Notes: generated by a model from the letters alone, not told the origin. A stretch of DNA of 64,000 nt from Elusimicrobiaceae bacterium (GCA_045605325.1 JAZUPU010000032.1:1506-65505); one strand, 5' to 3'. Positions 50,201 to 62,494 are shown, numbered from the stretch's first letter. Numbers and translations are program-made.

Positions 50201-51064
50201 ATGGAAAAATCTTTCGGTGAAATACTTTCAGATTCTTTTGCGGTTTTCAAAAAATCTTTTCTTCCTGCTTTGGGAGTATCTGCAATATTAGGGGGAGTAA
50301 TTCTTGCTTTAATAATTCTTGCTGTTATTGTTACTATATTAACCGTTGGGATGAGCGGAATACAAAATGCAAATGATTTGAAATCTCTTCTAACGGCTCA
50401 AATTCCCTTCCTTATCGGAGCAGTATTATTTTTTGGTTTAATTGCTTTTGTATCTTACCTTATGTATGCTTGGATAACGCTCATTATAAGAAATTATGTA
50501 TTAGTAGATAAAAGTTTCTTTAAAGAAAGTTTTTTTGAAGCAATGAGAAAATTTTTAAAACTTGCTTTGTTTTTAATACTTATATTAGGTTTTTTTGCAA
50601 TATTCTTTGCTGTGATAGGTCTATTAAGTTATTTTGTGTCAAAGTATTTCTTATTGTTATCTGTACTTTTGTTACCTTTGGGTATAATAGTGGGGCCTTC
50701 TTTGCTGATGTCCTTTTACGGTCTTTTATTTAGGGAAGGTAAATTTTGGGAAATTGTTTCCAAATCCTTTTCTTTCGGTTTTGCAAAGTGGGGCAGAATT
50801 TTTGGTTATTCCTTTTTGTTTTCATGCTGTTATATGGGTATCTTTTTTGTGATTGCTTTGGGCATTTCTATATTTGAAGGAACACAATTGGAAAAATTAT
50901 TAGGAGCACTTTTTTCTATCTTCCAATTTTGTATGGGTATATTTTCATATTGTTTCTACACCGTATTCTATTTAGATTTAGCTGGTATTAAGCCGCAGCA
51001 AACAGAGAATTTAATTGAAACAAATCAATCAAATCAAACGAATCAAAACCAGATAATACCATAA
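50201..51064 (+). CDS. Multi-pass membrane protein with a Q/N-rich C-terminal tail, paralog 1
   Basis: 287 aa, about 6-7 TM helices. Shares architecture and the C-terminal motif YL.LAGIKPQ..ENLI.TNQ with the next gene. Confidence 0.5.
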   Translation: MEKSFGEILSDSFAVFKKSFLPALGVSAILGGVILALIILAVIVTILTVGMSGIQNANDLKSLLTAQIPFLIGAVLFFGLIAFVSYLMYAWITLIIRNYVLVDKSFFKESFFEAMRKFLKLALFLILILGFFAIFFAVIGLLSYFVSKYFLLLSVLLLPLGIIVGPSLLMSFYGLLFREGKFWEIVSKSFSFGFAKWGRIFGYSFLFSCCYMGIFFVIALGISIFEGTQLEKLLGALFSIFQFCMGIFSYCFYTVFYLDLAGIKPQQTENLIETNQSNQTNQNQIIP

Positions 51065-51110
51065 AGCCAAACTGTGTGCAATATTCAGCAAGTATTTTTG
51101 AGGAAATTTT

Positions 51111-51941
51111 ATGAATAAAAGTTTTAAAGCCATTTTTTTGGAAAGTATCTCTGTTTTACGTAAAACATTATTAACCTTAATATGGGTATATTTAGTTTGG
51201 GTGTTTTTTGTCAGCATTTGTGGCAGTATAGCCTCGTTAATGGGCGGCAAAGAAATATTTACCATACTGTTTGCATCAATTAAAAACCCTGCCTCTTTAA
51301 ATGTTACGAAGGAACAAGCTTTACCGGTATTTTTATGGGGACTGTTTGTTTTGGGAACTTTCTATTTAACTTGTTTTTGGGCAATACTCATTATTAGAAA
51401 TAAAATTTTATTAGGGCAAAGTTTGATAATAGAAACTTTTATTGAATGTTGCAGAAAATTATGGAGAATAATATTTGTTAATATCATCTTAGTTGTCATA
51501 GATTTTGCTGCCTTATTTATTTCAATACTTTTGCTTGGTAAATGGTATTCGATAATTTTTATTCCTTTTTTCTTTTTCCTAGGTCCTATGTGGTTTACCT
51601 CTGTATATGGGGTTATTTGCCAAAACGGCAAGTTTTGGAAAATAGTAGCACAAAATGTTTCCTTGGCATATCATAATTGGTTAAATATAACTATTAAAAT
51701 AATTTTATTACAATTAACATTAGTATTACTAATAATTCTCTTAACATGCTTTAACTTTATATTTAGGGTAATAGAGATTAACATTGTAGTTAATTTAACT
51801 GAGGCATTATTTACAGTTTTTATTGCAACTTTTTTACCTTGTTTTGCTACGGTACTCTATTTAAATATTGCCGGTATTAAACCTCAAAATGAGAATTTAA
51901 TTGGAACAAATCAAATAAATCAAAGCCAAATAATGCCATAA
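51111..51941 (+). CDS. Multi-pass membrane protein with a Q/N-rich C-terminal tail, paralog 2
   Basis: 276 aa, a tandem paralog of 50201-51064. The SD GAGGA lies within a repeat-terminus-like sequence. Confidence 0.5.
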   Translation: MNKSFKAIFLESISVLRKTLLTLIWVYLVWVFFVSICGSIASLMGGKEIFTILFASIKNPASLNVTKEQALPVFLWGLFVLGTFYLTCFWAILIIRNKILLGQSLIIETFIECCRKLWRIIFVNIILVVIDFAALFISILLLGKWYSIIFIPFFFFLGPMWFTSVYGVICQNGKFWKIVAQNVSLAYHNWLNITIKIILLQLTLVLLIILLTCFNFIFRVIEINIVVNLTEALFTVFIATFLPCFATVLYLNIAGIKPQNENLIGTNQINQSQIMP

Positions 51942-51962
51942 AACCAAATCGTGCACTCCAGC

Positions 51963-52125
51963 CCGGCAAATATTTTTGAGGAAATTTTGATTTTCTCTTT
52001 GACGACGAGTACCAAGAAGAACGTGGAGCGAAGCGACATCTCGGTACTATAGGAAAAGAAAAATCAAAATTTACCAAAAAGAATTAGCCGGCAATAAACA
52101 GTAATTGCAAATTTCCAATTTCTTA
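51963..52125 (+). repeat. MITE/REP-like palindromic repeat, family 1 (copy c)
   Basis: ccggcaaatatttttgaggaaattttgattttctctttgacgacgagtaccaagaagaacg...ctcggtactatagg...gaaaaatcaaaatttaccaaaaagaattagccggcaataaac. Confidence 0.7.
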
Positions 52126-52184
52126 TACAAACTAATCAAAATATGCTATAATTACATTAATAGTTTGCGGATAATCTTTGCTTA

Positions 52185-52213
52185 TTGCAAATGGCAGCTT
52201 AATTTGATATAAT
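52185..52213 (+). promoter_or_regulatory. Strong sigma70-like promoter for rplJL(-rpoBC)
   Basis: TTGCAA (52185-52190), 17-bp spacer, extended -10 TGaTATAAT (52205-52213). Confidence 0.55.
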
Positions 52214-52219
52214 ATTTTA

Positions 52220-52435
52220 AAGATGTATTGGGACTTAAAGCAATTTTTGTAAGTTAATGGTGCTTTAAGCGCCCGTTTTCCGCTTAAAAATGTAAAGCCC
52301 AAAAGGGTATTTTACGACGGGAATTTTAAACAGCAGTTTTAACTGTATGTTAATGGGTTTTTTGCCCGCGTTTTTTGCGTTTATATAAACAAAAAAACAA
52401 AGGCAAAAGTAGTAAAGTAGTAAATTGTTAAAAGT
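52220..52435 (+). ncRNA. Long rplJ 5' UTR, possible L10-leader-type autoregulatory RNA
   Basis: About 215 nt between the promoter and the rplJ ATG, with hairpins such as cttaaagca/tgctttaag flanked by ggg/ccc. The position is analogous to known L10 leaders. The motif itself was not verified. Confidence 0.3.
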
Positions 52436-52966
52436 ATGAACTTAACAAAAGAACAAAAAAAAGAAAGGTCCAGCAGTTTAGCAAGCGACATTAAAGAAGC
52501 CGCTGGCATTTTCTTTACCGCATATCAAGGTTGCAAGTTCACAGAACTTGCAGGTTTAAGAGGTAAACTTGCAGACGCTAAATGTAAATTTAGAGTTGAA
52601 CGCAATTCTATCTTAGAACATGCCTTGAAACAAGCCGGTATTGAAGGTGTTGACGCTTCCCTTTTAAAAGGGCCGACAGCTGTTGCCATCTTGAAAAAAG
52701 ACGGCGATGTTGCCTTGTCCGCTAAAGGGTTAACTGAGTTTGCAAAAACCAATGCGGCCTTTAAAATCAGGGCTGGCTTTACCGACGGTACTTGGTATGA
52801 TGAAGCGCAGATTAAAATTCTTGCTACCCTTGGTAGTAAAGAAGAAAATATCGGCAAACTCGCCAACGCTTTATACAGCGTTGTTGCAAGTTCTGCACAA
52901 GTGCTTCAAGCCCCGATTAGAGATTTTGCTTACGTACTGCAAGCTGTTGAAAACAGCAAAAAATAA
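52436..52966 (+). CDS. rplJ: 50S ribosomal protein L10
   Basis: 176 aa, L10-like sequence, directly upstream of rplL. Confidence 0.9.
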   Translation: MNLTKEQKKERSSSLASDIKEAAGIFFTAYQGCKFTELAGLRGKLADAKCKFRVERNSILEHALKQAGIEGVDASLLKGPTAVAILKKDGDVALSAKGLTEFAKTNAAFKIRAGFTDGTWYDEAQIKILATLGSKEENIGKLANALYSVVASSAQVLQAPIRDFAYVLQAVENSKK

Positions 52967-53074
52967 GCAAAGTCAAACCCGCCTTAGAGCGGTAGTAGTC
53001 CGAAAGGATAAATGCACGGGTTTAAGCTCGGCTTAAACAGAAGGCAGCTACTCAAAAATGAAAGGAATAAAAAA

Positions 53075-53461
53075 ATGGCAAAATTAACAAAAGATGAAAT
53101 TCTTAATGCTATTGCAGAAATGACAGTACTTGAGCTTTCTGAGCTCGTTAAAGCAGTTGAAGAAAAATTCGGCGTAAAGGCACAAGCCGCCGCTGTAGCA
53201 GTTGCTGCAGCCCCTGCTGCCGGTGCCGCTGCCGCCGCAGAAGAAAAGGACGAATTTAACGTCGTTCTCAAATCAGTTGATGCTGCAAAGAAAATCGCAG
53301 TAATCAAAATCGTTCGCGAAATCACCGGTTTAGGTCTTAAAGAAGCCAAAGATTTAGTCGAAGGCGCACCTAAAGCAGTGAAAGAAGGCGTTGCAAAAGC
53401 TGAAGCAGAAGAAATGAAAAAGAAAATTACTGAAGCTGGCGGCGTCGTAGAACTCAACTAA
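53075..53461 (+). CDS. rplL: 50S ribosomal protein L7/L12
   Basis: Sequence [34 protein letters not shown], an Ala-rich hinge and the C-terminal [13 protein letters not shown]. The ORF-track start at 53012 is an upstream extension. Confidence 0.92.
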   Translation: MAKLTKDEILNAIAEMTVLELSELVKAVEEKFGVKAQAAAVAVAAAPAAGAAAAAEEKDEFNVVLKSVDAAKKIAVIKIVREITGLGLKEAKDLVEGAPKAVKEGVAKAEAEEMKKKITEAGGVVELN

Positions 53462-53470
53462 AAAATATCA

Positions 53471-53505
53471 AGACCTAAACCCTTTCGGGGGTTTAGGTCT
53501 TTGTG
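53471..53505 (+). terminator. Hairpin (partial terminator/attenuator) between rplL and rpoB
   Basis: agacctaaaccc-tttc-gggggtttaggtct followed by only a short T-run (ttgtg). This position is a known attenuator in other bacteria. Confidence 0.5.
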
Positions 53506-53548
53506 CATTAAACAGGGAATGCACCGAAGCAGGTAGGGACCAAATAAA

Positions 53549-56500
53549 ATGGAACAATTAAATTTCGGCAAAATTAAAACCAAAGTTGCAATGACACATT
53601 TGCTTGCCATGCAACATCAATCATTTAACAATTTTTTGCAAAGATATACAGACCCTAAAAAAAGGGAAACACGTGGCCTTCAAGGCGTATTTGAAGATAT
53701 TTTCCCGATAGAAGCCCCAGACGGGAGCATGAGATTAGATTTTGTAAAATATATCGTCGGTGAAGAAAAGTATTCTTCCCCAATGGAAGCTATTAACAGG
53801 GACGGCACTTACAGCGTTCCTTTAAAAGCTACTTTGCGTTTAAGTTTTTATAAAGTAAAAAAAGATAAAAGTTCAAGAGATTTTATTAAAGCTGAAGAAG
53901 AAGATATACTTCTTTGTGATTTACCGGTTATGACAGAAGCCGGTTGCTTCGTTTATAACGGTGATGAACGCGTTGTAGTAAGCCAACTTCACAGATCCCC
54001 TGGTATTATCTTTGAAGAAGACGAAGAAAAACAACAAAGTACACTCGGTAAAAAATTATATGTCGCACGCATTATTCCTTACAGAGGTGCGTGGATTGAA
54101 TTTCAATTTGATATAGCCAACGTTTTGTGGGTGCGTATTGATAAAAAGAAAAAATTCTTAGCAACAACTTTCTTACGCGCTTGCGGCCTTGAAACAAATG
54201 CACAAATTTTACAGGCATTCTACCCTACGGAAACTGTACAAGTAAAATTAAACGATATTGATAATGTCGTCGGCCGCTATGCAGCTGAAGATATCGTTAA
54301 TGATCAAGGTGAAGTCCTTTGGAACTTAGATGAAAAGGCCTCAACCCCGATTGATGATAAAACCTTTGGTATATTAATAGAAAATAAAATTAAAACAATT
54401 AAGGTTTTAAGCGGTAACCCTCGCCAAGATAACCCCGGTATTTTAGTTACTTTGGAAGCTAGCAAAAAAGATGAACCGAAAACTAAAGGCGAAGCCCAAT
54501 ATGAAGTTTACAGGAAAATGCGCGGGCAAGATTTTATCATTAAAGAACAAGCCGAACACTTTTTGGATAGCTTAATATTTAAGAATATTAAAAGGTATGA
54601 TTTAAGCTTTGTCGGCCGCTTTAAAATCAACAAAAAATTTGATTATTTCTTTGAAAAATTAGCCAAACAAAATAAAGAATTTGCAAAACCTAAAGACAAT
54701 GCAAGAACTTTATCTACACAAGATGTTATCGTTACTTTGCAATATCTTTTGGCATTAAACGCAGGTGAAGAAGTTTCAAATGAAATGTATAAAGATTTCA
54801 CCTTTAAAATAGACGATATTGACCATTTAGGAAACAGGCGTGTACGCGGTATCGGCGAACTTTTGGAAAACCAAGTCCGCATCGGTTTATCACAAATGGC
54901 GAAAATCGTTCGCGATAAGATGACTAAAGAAAACGGTAACAGGAAAATTACCCCAAGAACTTTAGTCAATGATCAACAAATCCGTGTTTGTATGAGAAGG
55001 TTTTTCGGTACCCATCAACTTTCACAGTTTATGGACCAAATTAACCCTCTATCAGAACTTACACATAAAAGGCGTTTATCAGCATTAGGTCCCGGTGGTT
55101 TAAACAGAAAACGCGCCGGCTTTGAAGTCCGCGACGTTCACTATACTCATTATGGTCGTCTTTGCCCGATTGAAACCCCTGAAGGTCCGAACATCGGTTT
55201 GATTACCTCTTTAGCTTGTTATTCAAAAGTTAATGAATACGGTTTGCTTGAAACCCCGTTTAGAAAAGTCAAAAACGGTAAAGCAACCGATGAAGTTGAT
55301 TATTTAACAGCCGATATTGAAGACGATTTTATGGTAGCACAGTCAAATACTCCGTTGGATGCAAAAGGTAATTTGGCTACCGATCAAGTTGCTTGCCGTG
55401 TTAGGGCAGATTATCCTATTGTTACCCCTACGGAAGTTGACTATATGGATATTTCACCCTTGCAAGTTATCAGCGTTTCAGCAGCTTTAATTCCTTTCTT
55501 GGAACACGATGACGCAAACCGTGCTTTGATGGGTTGTAACATGCAACGTCAGGGTGTCCCTTTACTTAATACCGAAGCACCTTTAGTAGGTACAGGTATT
55601 GAAGAAATCGTAGCACATGACTCCGGCACAACAATCATTGCAAAACGTGCAGGTAAAGTAGTTTTATCTTCTGCAGATTTAATTGTTGTTGAAGCAGCAG
55701 ATAAAAAAGGACCCAGATATGATACTTATGAACTTGTTAAATATAAAAGGTCTAACCAAGATACTTGTATTAACCACAGACCTCTTGTAAAAACAGGCGA
55801 TATCGTAAAAGAAGGGCAAACCTTGGTTGACGGTCCTGCAATGAAAGACGGTATCTTATCATTAGGTCGTAACTTGCTTGTTGGCTTTATGAGTTGGGAA
55901 GGTTATAACTACGAAGACGCTATTTTGATTTCTAATCGTTTAGTGAAAGAAGATATTTTAACTTCTATACACTTACACGAATTTTCAACTGATGCAAGAA
56001 GTACAAAACTCGGTGCGGAAGAAATTACAAAAGATATTCCGAATATTGCCAATGATACTTTAGCTCATTTGGATAATGACGGTATTATTTTACCGGCAAC
56101 AGTTGTAGGTCCCGGTGATATTTTGGTAGGTAAAGTTACACCGAAAGGTGAACAACAACTTACACCGGAAGAAAGATTACTCAAAGTAATCTTCGGCAAA
56201 AAAGCTGATGATGTTGTTGATGCTTCTTTACGCGTTCCGCCCGGCACAACAGGTAAAGTTATCGGTACAAGAGTTTTTGTCCGTATGGAAAAGAACTTTG
56301 ACGATAAAATTGAAAAGATTACCAAAAAAGTTGTTGAAGCCGTTTCCGCTAAAGAGAAACACGCAGCCATTGCTAATATTGATTCGGAATTGGAAAAAAT
56401 TATTAAAACAAAAAATGACAGAATGTCTAATTTTGTTAAGAAATTAAAAGAAATCCGCGATGAATATAATGCAGATCTTTCCTCCGTACAAGAAGCAAAA

Positions 56501-57490
56501 GCAATTGCTTTGGAAGAAGCTAAAGAAAAATATTCTAAAGCAGCAGAATTAAAGAAAGCACAGGAATCTATCACCAGCCTTTATAAAGATTTAGAAGAAA
56601 AGGCACTTAACAAATATATTGCAAATATTAAACTATTGCAAGCAGGTGATGAAAACTTAGCAGTTGTAGTCAATAAATCAGTAAAAGTATTTATTGCTTC
56701 AAAACGCAAAGTTCAAGTCGGTGATAAACTTTCCGGCCGCCACGGTAACAAAGGTATCGTTGCAAGAATTTTACCGGAAGAAGATATGCCTTACTTGCCT
56801 GATGGTACACCTCTTGATGTCGTTCTTTCACCTTTAGGTATCCCGTCAAGAATGAACGTGGGTCAGCTCTTAGAAGTTATGCTCGGTTGGGCAGCTCACC
56901 ACTTAAATATCAATACAGCAACCCCTGTGTTTGACGGTCCGAGTGAAGAAGAAGTAAAAGAACAAATCAGAAAAGCAAAAGATGTTTTACGCAAAAAAGG
57001 TGTACCGGAACAATATTTACCGGATGATTATTGCCGTATAACTTTATATGACGGTCGCACCGGTGAACCTTTTGAAGAAAAAGTTACAATCGGTTATATG
57101 TACATTATGAAACTTATTCACTTAGTTGAAGATAAAGTACATAGCCGTTCAACAGGACCTTATAGTTTAATTACACGCCAACCTTTGGGCGGTAAAGCAC
57201 AATTCGGCGGTCAGAGATTCGGTGAAATGGAAGTATGGGCCATTGAAGGTTATGGTGCTACATATACTTTACAAGAGTTCTTAACAGTTAAATCAGACGA
57301 TTTTAACGGCAGAACAAAAATGTATGAAGCTATTGTAAAAGGTCAATTACCGACACAACCCGGTGTACCGGAATCTTTCAAAGTTCTTGTAAAAGAATTA
57401 CAAGCCCTAGGGCTTAGCGTGGAGTTGCCGAGAATTAGAAAAACGAACTCTAAAACTCCTGTCGTAGAAAAAGAAGAGAAGGTTAAATAG
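53549..57490 (+). CDS. rpoB: DNA-directed RNA polymerase beta subunit
   Basis: 1313 aa with rif-region and catalytic motifs ([25 protein letters not shown]). Coiled-coil lineage insertion at about aa 880-1000. Confidence 0.98.
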   Translation: MEQLNFGKIKTKVAMTHLLAMQHQSFNNFLQRYTDPKKRETRGLQGVFEDIFPIEAPDGSMRLDFVKYIVGEEKYSSPMEAINRDGTYSVPLKATLRLSFYKVKKDKSSRDFIKAEEEDILLCDLPVMTEAGCFVYNGDERVVVSQLHRSPGIIFEEDEEKQQSTLGKKLYVARIIPYRGAWIEFQFDIANVLWVRIDKKKKFLATTFLRACGLETNAQILQAFYPTETVQVKLNDIDNVVGRYAAEDIVNDQGEVLWNLDEKASTPIDDKTFGILIENKIKTIKVLSGNPRQDNPGILVTLEASKKDEPKTKGEAQYEVYRKMRGQDFIIKEQAEHFLDSLIFKNIKRYDLSFVGRFKINKKFDYFFEKLAKQNKEFAKPKDNARTLSTQDVIVTLQYLLALNAGEEVSNEMYKDFTFKIDDIDHLGNRRVRGIGELLENQVRIGLSQMAKIVRDKMTKENGNRKITPRTLVNDQQIRVCMRRFFGTHQLSQFMDQINPLSELTHKRRLSALGPGGLNRKRAGFEVRDVHYTHYGRLCPIETPEGPNIGLITSLACYSKVNEYGLLETPFRKVKNGKATDEVDYLTADIEDDFMVAQSNTPLDAKGNLATDQVACRVRADYPIVTPTEVDYMDISPLQVISVSAALIPFLEHDDANRALMGCNMQRQGVPLLNTEAPLVGTGIEEIVAHDSGTTIIAKRAGKVVLSSADLIVVEAADKKGPRYDTYELVKYKRSNQDTCINHRPLVKTGDIVKEGQTLVDGPAMKDGILSLGRNLLVGFMSWEGYNYEDAILISNRLVKEDILTSIHLHEFSTDARSTKLGAEEITKDIPNIANDTLAHLDNDGIILPATVVGPGDILVGKVTPKGEQQLTPEERLLKVIFGKKADDVVDASLRVPPGTTGKVIGTRVFVRMEKNFDDKIEKITKKVVEAVSAKEKHAAIANIDSELEKIIKTKNDRMSNFVKKLKEIRDEYNADLSSVQEAKAIALEEAKEKYSKAAELKKAQESITSLYKDLEEKALNKYIANIKLLQAGDENLAVVVNKSVKVFIASKRKVQVGDKLSGRHGNKGIVARILPEEDMPYLPDGTPLDVVLSPLGIPSRMNVGQLLEVMLGWAAHHLNINTATPVFDGPSEEEVKEQIRKAKDVLRKKGVPEQYLPDDYCRITLYDGRTGEPFEEKVTIGYMYIMKLIHLVEDKVHSRSTGPYSLITRQPLGGKAQFGGQRFGEMEVWAIEGYGATYTLQEFLTVKSDDFNGRTKMYEAIVKGQLPTQPGVPESFKVLVKELQALGLSVELPRIRKTNSKTPVVEKEEKVK

Positions 57491-57499
57491 GAGCATAAA

Positions 57500-60400
57500 A
57501 TGATGGAAACAAAGAAAACTAAAAAAACAAATGAACTTAACTTCTTTGATTTTGATGCCATTAAATTAGGTATTGCAAGCCCGGAGCAAATTTTATCTTG
57601 GTCTTATGGTGAAGTTAAAAAACCGGAAACAATCAATTACAGAACTTTAAAACCGGAGAGAGACGGCTTATTCTGTGAACGCATTTTCGGTCCTACAAAG
57701 GATTATGAATGCGCTTGCGGCAAATATCGTTGGGTCAAATTTAAAGGTATGTGCTGTGACAGATGCGGTGTTGAAATTACCGAATCAAAAGTTCGCCGCG
57801 AAAGAATGGGGCATATTGAACTTGCCGTTCCTGTAACCCATGTTTGGTTTTTAAAGAAAACCCCGTCAAGAATCGGTGTCTTGCTTGATATGAGAACTAT
57901 TGACCTTGAAAGGGTTGTTTACTATGCAAGCTATGTAGTTCTTGAAGACGCAGTTGATTCCGTAACCGGCAGAACGGACTTCAAAAAAGGTGATATTTTA
58001 TCAGAAGAACAAGTCCGCGAAGCACGCAAAAAATACGGTTCAAAACTTAAAGCCGATATCGGTGCACCTGCAATTCAAGCTTTACTTGCAAGTTTAGATT
58101 TTAATAAAGAAATTCCTGCTCTTGAAGCTACATTAAAAGAGACACAAAGTGAAGCAGAAAGAACAAAACTTATCCGCCGTATTAAAATGATGAAGGAATT
58201 TAGAGATTCCGGTAATAAACCCGAGTGGATGGTTTTATCTGTTCTTCCTGTTATTCCGCCGGATTTAAGGCCTTTAGTTCCTCTTGACGGTGGTCGTTTT
58301 GCCGCATCTGACTTAAACGATTTATATAGACGCATTATTAACAGAAATAACCGCTTAAAACATATTAAATCCTTACAAGCACCTAAAGTAATGGTTTATA
58401 ATGAAATGCGCTTATTACAAGAAGCAGTTGATGCTTTAATTGAAAACGGTGCACGCGGTAAAGTATTTTTAGGACCCGGTGGCAGACCTTTGAAATCTTT
58501 ATCAGATTCCATTAAAGGTAAACACGGTAGATTCCGCCAAAACCTTCTCGGTAAAAGGGTTGACTATTCCGGTCGTTCAGTTATTGTTGTTGGTCCTAGC
58601 TTAAAACTTAATCAATGCGGTTTACCGAAACTTATGGCTTTGGAACTCTTTAAACCTTTTATCATCGGCGAATTGATGAAAAAGGAAGGTGTAACTTTAA
58701 AAGCCGCTAAAAAGAAACTTGAAAGAGTAAGCCCTGAAATTTGGGATATTTTGGAAAAAGTTACAAAGAACCACCCCGTTCTTTTAAACCGTGCTCCTAC
58801 TTTGCACCGCTTGGGTATTCAGGCATTTGAGCCGGTGTTAATTGAAGGTAAAGCCATACAACTTCACCCGTTAACTTGTGCAGCTTTTAACGCTGACTTC
58901 GACGGTGACCAGATGGCTGTTCACGTTCCTTTAACTATTGAAGCACAAATTGAAGCAAGAACTTTAATGCTTGCAACTAATAACATTTTATCACCGGCTT
59001 CAGGCAGACCTATTGCCAGCCCTTCACACGATATGGTTTTAGGTATTAACTATATTACCAAAATCAAAGACAAAGATTTAGGTGAAGGGATGCTTTTTGC
59101 CGATAAAGAAGATGCTTTAACCGCTTTGGAATACGGTAAAATTTCTTTACACGCAAAAATCAAAGTTGCCGGTATAACTAAAAATATGAACGAAGGTAAA
59201 GATGCTTCTAAGTGGACTGATTATACATCAGTCGGTCGCATCATCTTCAATCAAATTTTACCGAAAGGTTGGGCTTTCTTAAATAAAGATATTGGTAAGA
59301 AAGAACTTGCCAAAATGGTTAGCGATTGTTATAAAGACCCTAAATACGGTCATTATGAAACAGTACAATTCTTGGACAGAATTATGGCCCTTGGTTACAA
59401 ATATGCAACCAAATCCGGTCTTTCAATTTCTATCGCAGACATGATAGTTCCTTCCGATAAAGAAAAGAAAGTTAAAGAAGCACAAAAGAAAGTTAAAGCA
59501 ATTCAAGAACAAGCAGAAACCGGTACGATTACCGAAGGCGAAAGGTATAATAAAGTTATTGATATCTGGACAAAAGTTACCGATGATATTGCTGAAAAGC
59601 TTTTTGAAGAAATGGCTGCTGTTGAAAAGAAACCTGTTAAGAAAGGGGAACAGAAATTTAACTCTGTTTACTTGATGGCTAACTCCGGTGCCCGCGGTTC
59701 AAGGCAACAGGTCAGGCAGCTTGCCGGTATGCGCGGTTTGATGGCAAAACCGCAAAAGAAACTCACCGGCGGTGCAGGTGAAATTATTGAAAACCCGATT
59801 ACCGCAAACTTCCGTGAAGGTTTGTCTGTCTTGGAATACTTCATTTCAACACACGGTGGTCGTAAAGGTTTGTCAGATACAGCTTTGAAAACTGCTGATG
59901 CAGGTTATTTGACAAGGCGTCTTATTGACGTCGGGCATAACTTGGTGGTCACCGAAGATGATTGCGGTACAACCGAAGGCGTCGTCTTGCGTGACTTAAA
60001 GAGCGGTGAAGAAATTATTGAACCGCTTTCAGAGCGTATAGTCGGTCGCACATCTTTAGAAGATGTTCAAGGTAAAAACGGTGAAATAATTATTAAAGCC
60101 GGCGATCTTATTACCGCAGCCCAAGGTGATTTGGTTAAGAAAAACGAAGTTGAATCCGTTAGGGTTCGCTCGGTATTAACTTGTAACTCCAAACACGGTA
60201 TTTGTGCTAAATGTTACGGTAACAGCTTAGCAACAGGTGCATTAGCTCGCGTCGGTGATACAGTTGGTATTATTGCAGCGCAATCAATCGGTGAACCTGG
60301 TACACAGTTAACCTTGAGAACCTTCCACATCGGTGGTGCGGCGTCACGTGTTTTAAGCCGCTCTCAAGCGATGGCAGAAATTAACGGTAAAGTTACCTTT

Positions 60401-61594
60401 AAAGATATTAAAATTATTGAAGACAGATTTGAAAATAAACTCTGTCTTTCAAGGAACGGCTCTATCTTCGTAGAAGATGAAAAAGGAAATGTTAAAGAGT
60501 ATAAAATCCCATACGGTGCCAAAATTTTGGTAGATGATAAATCAAAAGTTACCAAAGATACCATTATGGCTGAATGGGATCCTCACTCACTTCCTTTGAT
60601 TGCTGAAAGAAACGGTAAAATTAAACTTCTTGATGTTGTAGAAGGTATTACACTTCAAGAAGAGCGTAACAAAGTAACAGGTATTATTGAACGCAAAATT
60701 ACCGCCAGCAAGATGGGCCGCAAAAACCCGCGTATCATTATTGATAAAGTTCCTTATCCTTTAACTATTGATACTATTTTATTAGTTGAAGAAGGTGAAG
60801 AAGTCCAAGCGGGTGATATTTTAGCAAAAATTGCTAAAGAATCAGGCGGTACAAAAGATATTACGGGCGGTTTGCCTCGTATTGCAGAATTGTTTGAGGC
60901 AAGAACCCCCAGAAACCCCGCCATTATCGCAGAATTTGCAGGTGTGATTCGCTTAGAAACCTCTTCTAAGGGCTTGACTGAGGTAGTCCTTAGTAATGAG
61001 GAAATACAACAAGAAAAGCATTACCCGATTCCGCAAGGTAAACACTTAAGAGTTTACACCGGAGATAAAGTCGCAAAAGGTGATGCTTTAACCGATGGTG
61101 CTATAGATCCACACGACGTGCTGCGCGTGAAGGATATTCAAGAAGTGCAGGAATTCTTGCTTAACGCCATTCAGGAGGTTTACCGCTTACAGGGTGTTAC
61201 GATTAACGACAAACATATTGAAGTTATCGTTCGCCAAATGTTAAGCAATGTGAAGATCCAAGAAGTTGGTGATTCAACCTTCTTAAAAGGCCAAATTGTT
61301 AGCAAATCCGAGTATAGAAAGGAAAATGAACGTTTAGAAGCAGAAGGTAAAAAACCTGCTTTTGCAAAACCGATCTTACTTGGTATCAGTAAAGCATCAC
61401 TAGCATCTGAATCATTTATATCAGCTGCCAGCTTCCAGGAAACAACCCGCGTGTTAACAGATGCTGCTATCAAAGGGCAAGTTGACGACTTAGAAGGCCT
61501 AAAAGAAAACGTAATCGTAGGCCATTTAATTCCCGCAGGAACAGGTATAGCTACCAAAAATATCAAGCGAGAATTTGAAGAGAAAGCAAAATAA
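57500..61594 (+). CDS. rpoC: DNA-directed RNA polymerase beta' subunit
   Basis: 1364 aa. Zinc motif CxC..C..C, active site NADFDGDQM, bridge-helix and trigger-loop regions. Confidence 0.98.
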   Translation: MMETKKTKKTNELNFFDFDAIKLGIASPEQILSWSYGEVKKPETINYRTLKPERDGLFCERIFGPTKDYECACGKYRWVKFKGMCCDRCGVEITESKVRRERMGHIELAVPVTHVWFLKKTPSRIGVLLDMRTIDLERVVYYASYVVLEDAVDSVTGRTDFKKGDILSEEQVREARKKYGSKLKADIGAPAIQALLASLDFNKEIPALEATLKETQSEAERTKLIRRIKMMKEFRDSGNKPEWMVLSVLPVIPPDLRPLVPLDGGRFAASDLNDLYRRIINRNNRLKHIKSLQAPKVMVYNEMRLLQEAVDALIENGARGKVFLGPGGRPLKSLSDSIKGKHGRFRQNLLGKRVDYSGRSVIVVGPSLKLNQCGLPKLMALELFKPFIIGELMKKEGVTLKAAKKKLERVSPEIWDILEKVTKNHPVLLNRAPTLHRLGIQAFEPVLIEGKAIQLHPLTCAAFNADFDGDQMAVHVPLTIEAQIEARTLMLATNNILSPASGRPIASPSHDMVLGINYITKIKDKDLGEGMLFADKEDALTALEYGKISLHAKIKVAGITKNMNEGKDASKWTDYTSVGRIIFNQILPKGWAFLNKDIGKKELAKMVSDCYKDPKYGHYETVQFLDRIMALGYKYATKSGLSISIADMIVPSDKEKKVKEAQKKVKAIQEQAETGTITEGERYNKVIDIWTKVTDDIAEKLFEEMAAVEKKPVKKGEQKFNSVYLMANSGARGSRQQVRQLAGMRGLMAKPQKKLTGGAGEIIENPITANFREGLSVLEYFISTHGGRKGLSDTALKTADAGYLTRRLIDVGHNLVVTEDDCGTTEGVVLRDLKSGEEIIEPLSERIVGRTSLEDVQGKNGEIIIKAGDLITAAQGDLVKKNEVESVRVRSVLTCNSKHGICAKCYGNSLATGALARVGDTVGIIAAQSIGEPGTQLTLRTFHIGGAASRVLSRSQAMAEINGKVTFKDIKIIEDRFENKLCLSRNGSIFVEDEKGNVKEYKIPYGAKILVDDKSKVTKDTIMAEWDPHSLPLIAERNGKIKLLDVVEGITLQEERNKVTGIIERKITASKMGRKNPRIIIDKVPYPLTIDTILLVEEGEEVQAGDILAKIAKESGGTKDITGGLPRIAELFEARTPRNPAIIAEFAGVIRLETSSKGLTEVVLSNEEIQQEKHYPIPQGKHLRVYTGDKVAKGDALTDGAIDPHDVLRVKDIQEVQEFLLNAIQEVYRLQGVTINDKHIEVIVRQMLSNVKIQEVGDSTFLKGQIVSKSEYRKENERLEAEGKKPAFAKPILLGISKASLASESFISAASFQETTRVLTDAAIKGQVDDLEGLKENVIVGHLIPAGTGIATKNIKREFEEKAK

Positions 61595-61613
61595 AATAGG
61601 AGAAAAGAAATAA

Positions 61614-61994
61614 ATGCCGACAGTAAATCAATTAATTAAACACGGCAGAAGCAAAACGGAGTTTAAAACTAAAGCTCCGGCTTTAAACAGCTGCCCGCAA
61701 AGGCGTGGCGTTTGCACCCGTGTCTATACGACAACCCCTAAAAAGCCAAACTCAGCTTTGAGAAAGGTTGCCCGTGTAAAGTTAACCTCCAAAATGGAAG
61801 TAACTGCTTATATTCCGGGTGTAGGTCATAATTTGCAAGAACACTCCATCGTGTTAGTTCGCGGTGGTCGTGTTAAGGACTTACCGGGTGTAAGATATCA
61901 CATCATCCGCGGCGCATTAGACGCAAGCGGCGTAGAAAATAGAAAGCAAGGCCGTTCACTTTACGGTGTAAAAAGGCCTAAAGCTGGTAAATAG
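61614..61994 (+). CDS. rpsL: 30S ribosomal protein S12
   Basis: Sequence MPTVNQLIK...[10 protein letters not shown]. Confidence 0.98.
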   Translation: MPTVNQLIKHGRSKTEFKTKAPALNSCPQRRGVCTRVYTTTPKKPNSALRKVARVKLTSKMEVTAYIPGVGHNLQEHSIVLVRGGRVKDLPGVRYHIIRGALDASGVENRKQGRSLYGVKRPKAGK

Positions 61995-62008
61995 GAGATT
62001 AACTTAAT

Positions 62009-62488
62009 ATGCCTAGAAAAGGTTTAAGACCAAGAGATCGTCGCCCCCTTCCCCCGGCAGATTATAAATATAATTCTGTCTTAATGGCGAGATTCATCAA
62101 TAAAATTAATTTTGAAGGGAAGAAAGCCACTGCTGAAAAAATCGTTTTTGATGCTTTAGATATTATCAAAGCCAAAACCAAAGCAGATCCGATGGAAGTT
62201 TTCAATAAATGTATTGAAAATGTCCGCCCTCTTTTAGAGGTTAAAGCCCGCAGAGTCGGCGGTGCAACATATCAAGTGCCTGTTGAAGTTAAACCTTTAA
62301 GAAGCACCTCTGTTGCAATGCGCTGGTTACTTGCAGCCGCACAAGGCCGTAAGGGGCGCCCTATGGCTGAAAAGTTAGCCGAAGAAATTATTTTGGGTTC
62401 CAAAAAAGAAGGTACTGCCTTTAAGAAACGTGAAGATACTCACAAAATGGCAGAAGCAAACCGTGCATTTGCACACTTTAAATGGTAG
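62009..62488 (+). CDS. rpsG: 30S ribosomal protein S7
   Basis: 159 aa. Motif [18 protein letters not shown]. Confidence 0.98.
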   Translation: MPRKGLRPRDRRPLPPADYKYNSVLMARFINKINFEGKKATAEKIVFDALDIIKAKTKADPMEVFNKCIENVRPLLEVKARRVGGATYQVPVEVKPLRSTSVAMRWLLAAAQGRKGRPMAEKLAEEIILGSKKEGTAFKKREDTHKMAEANRAFAHFKW

Positions 62489-62494
62489 GTTATT

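Noticed and set aside
52984-53457. 157-aa ORF on the minus strand across rplL
   Set aside because: It is the antisense frame of the Ala-rich L7/L12 gene. Its low-complexity A/S/T composition mirrors the sense strand, and it has no SD.
54643-56574. Antisense or alternate-frame ORFs inside rpoB (54643-54969 -, 56065-56574 -, 56208-56447 +), and similar ones inside rpoC, topA, dprA, comM, gyrA/B and mfd
   Set aside because: They are embedded in strongly supported essential genes and have low-complexity translations. They lack SD sequences and independent signals.
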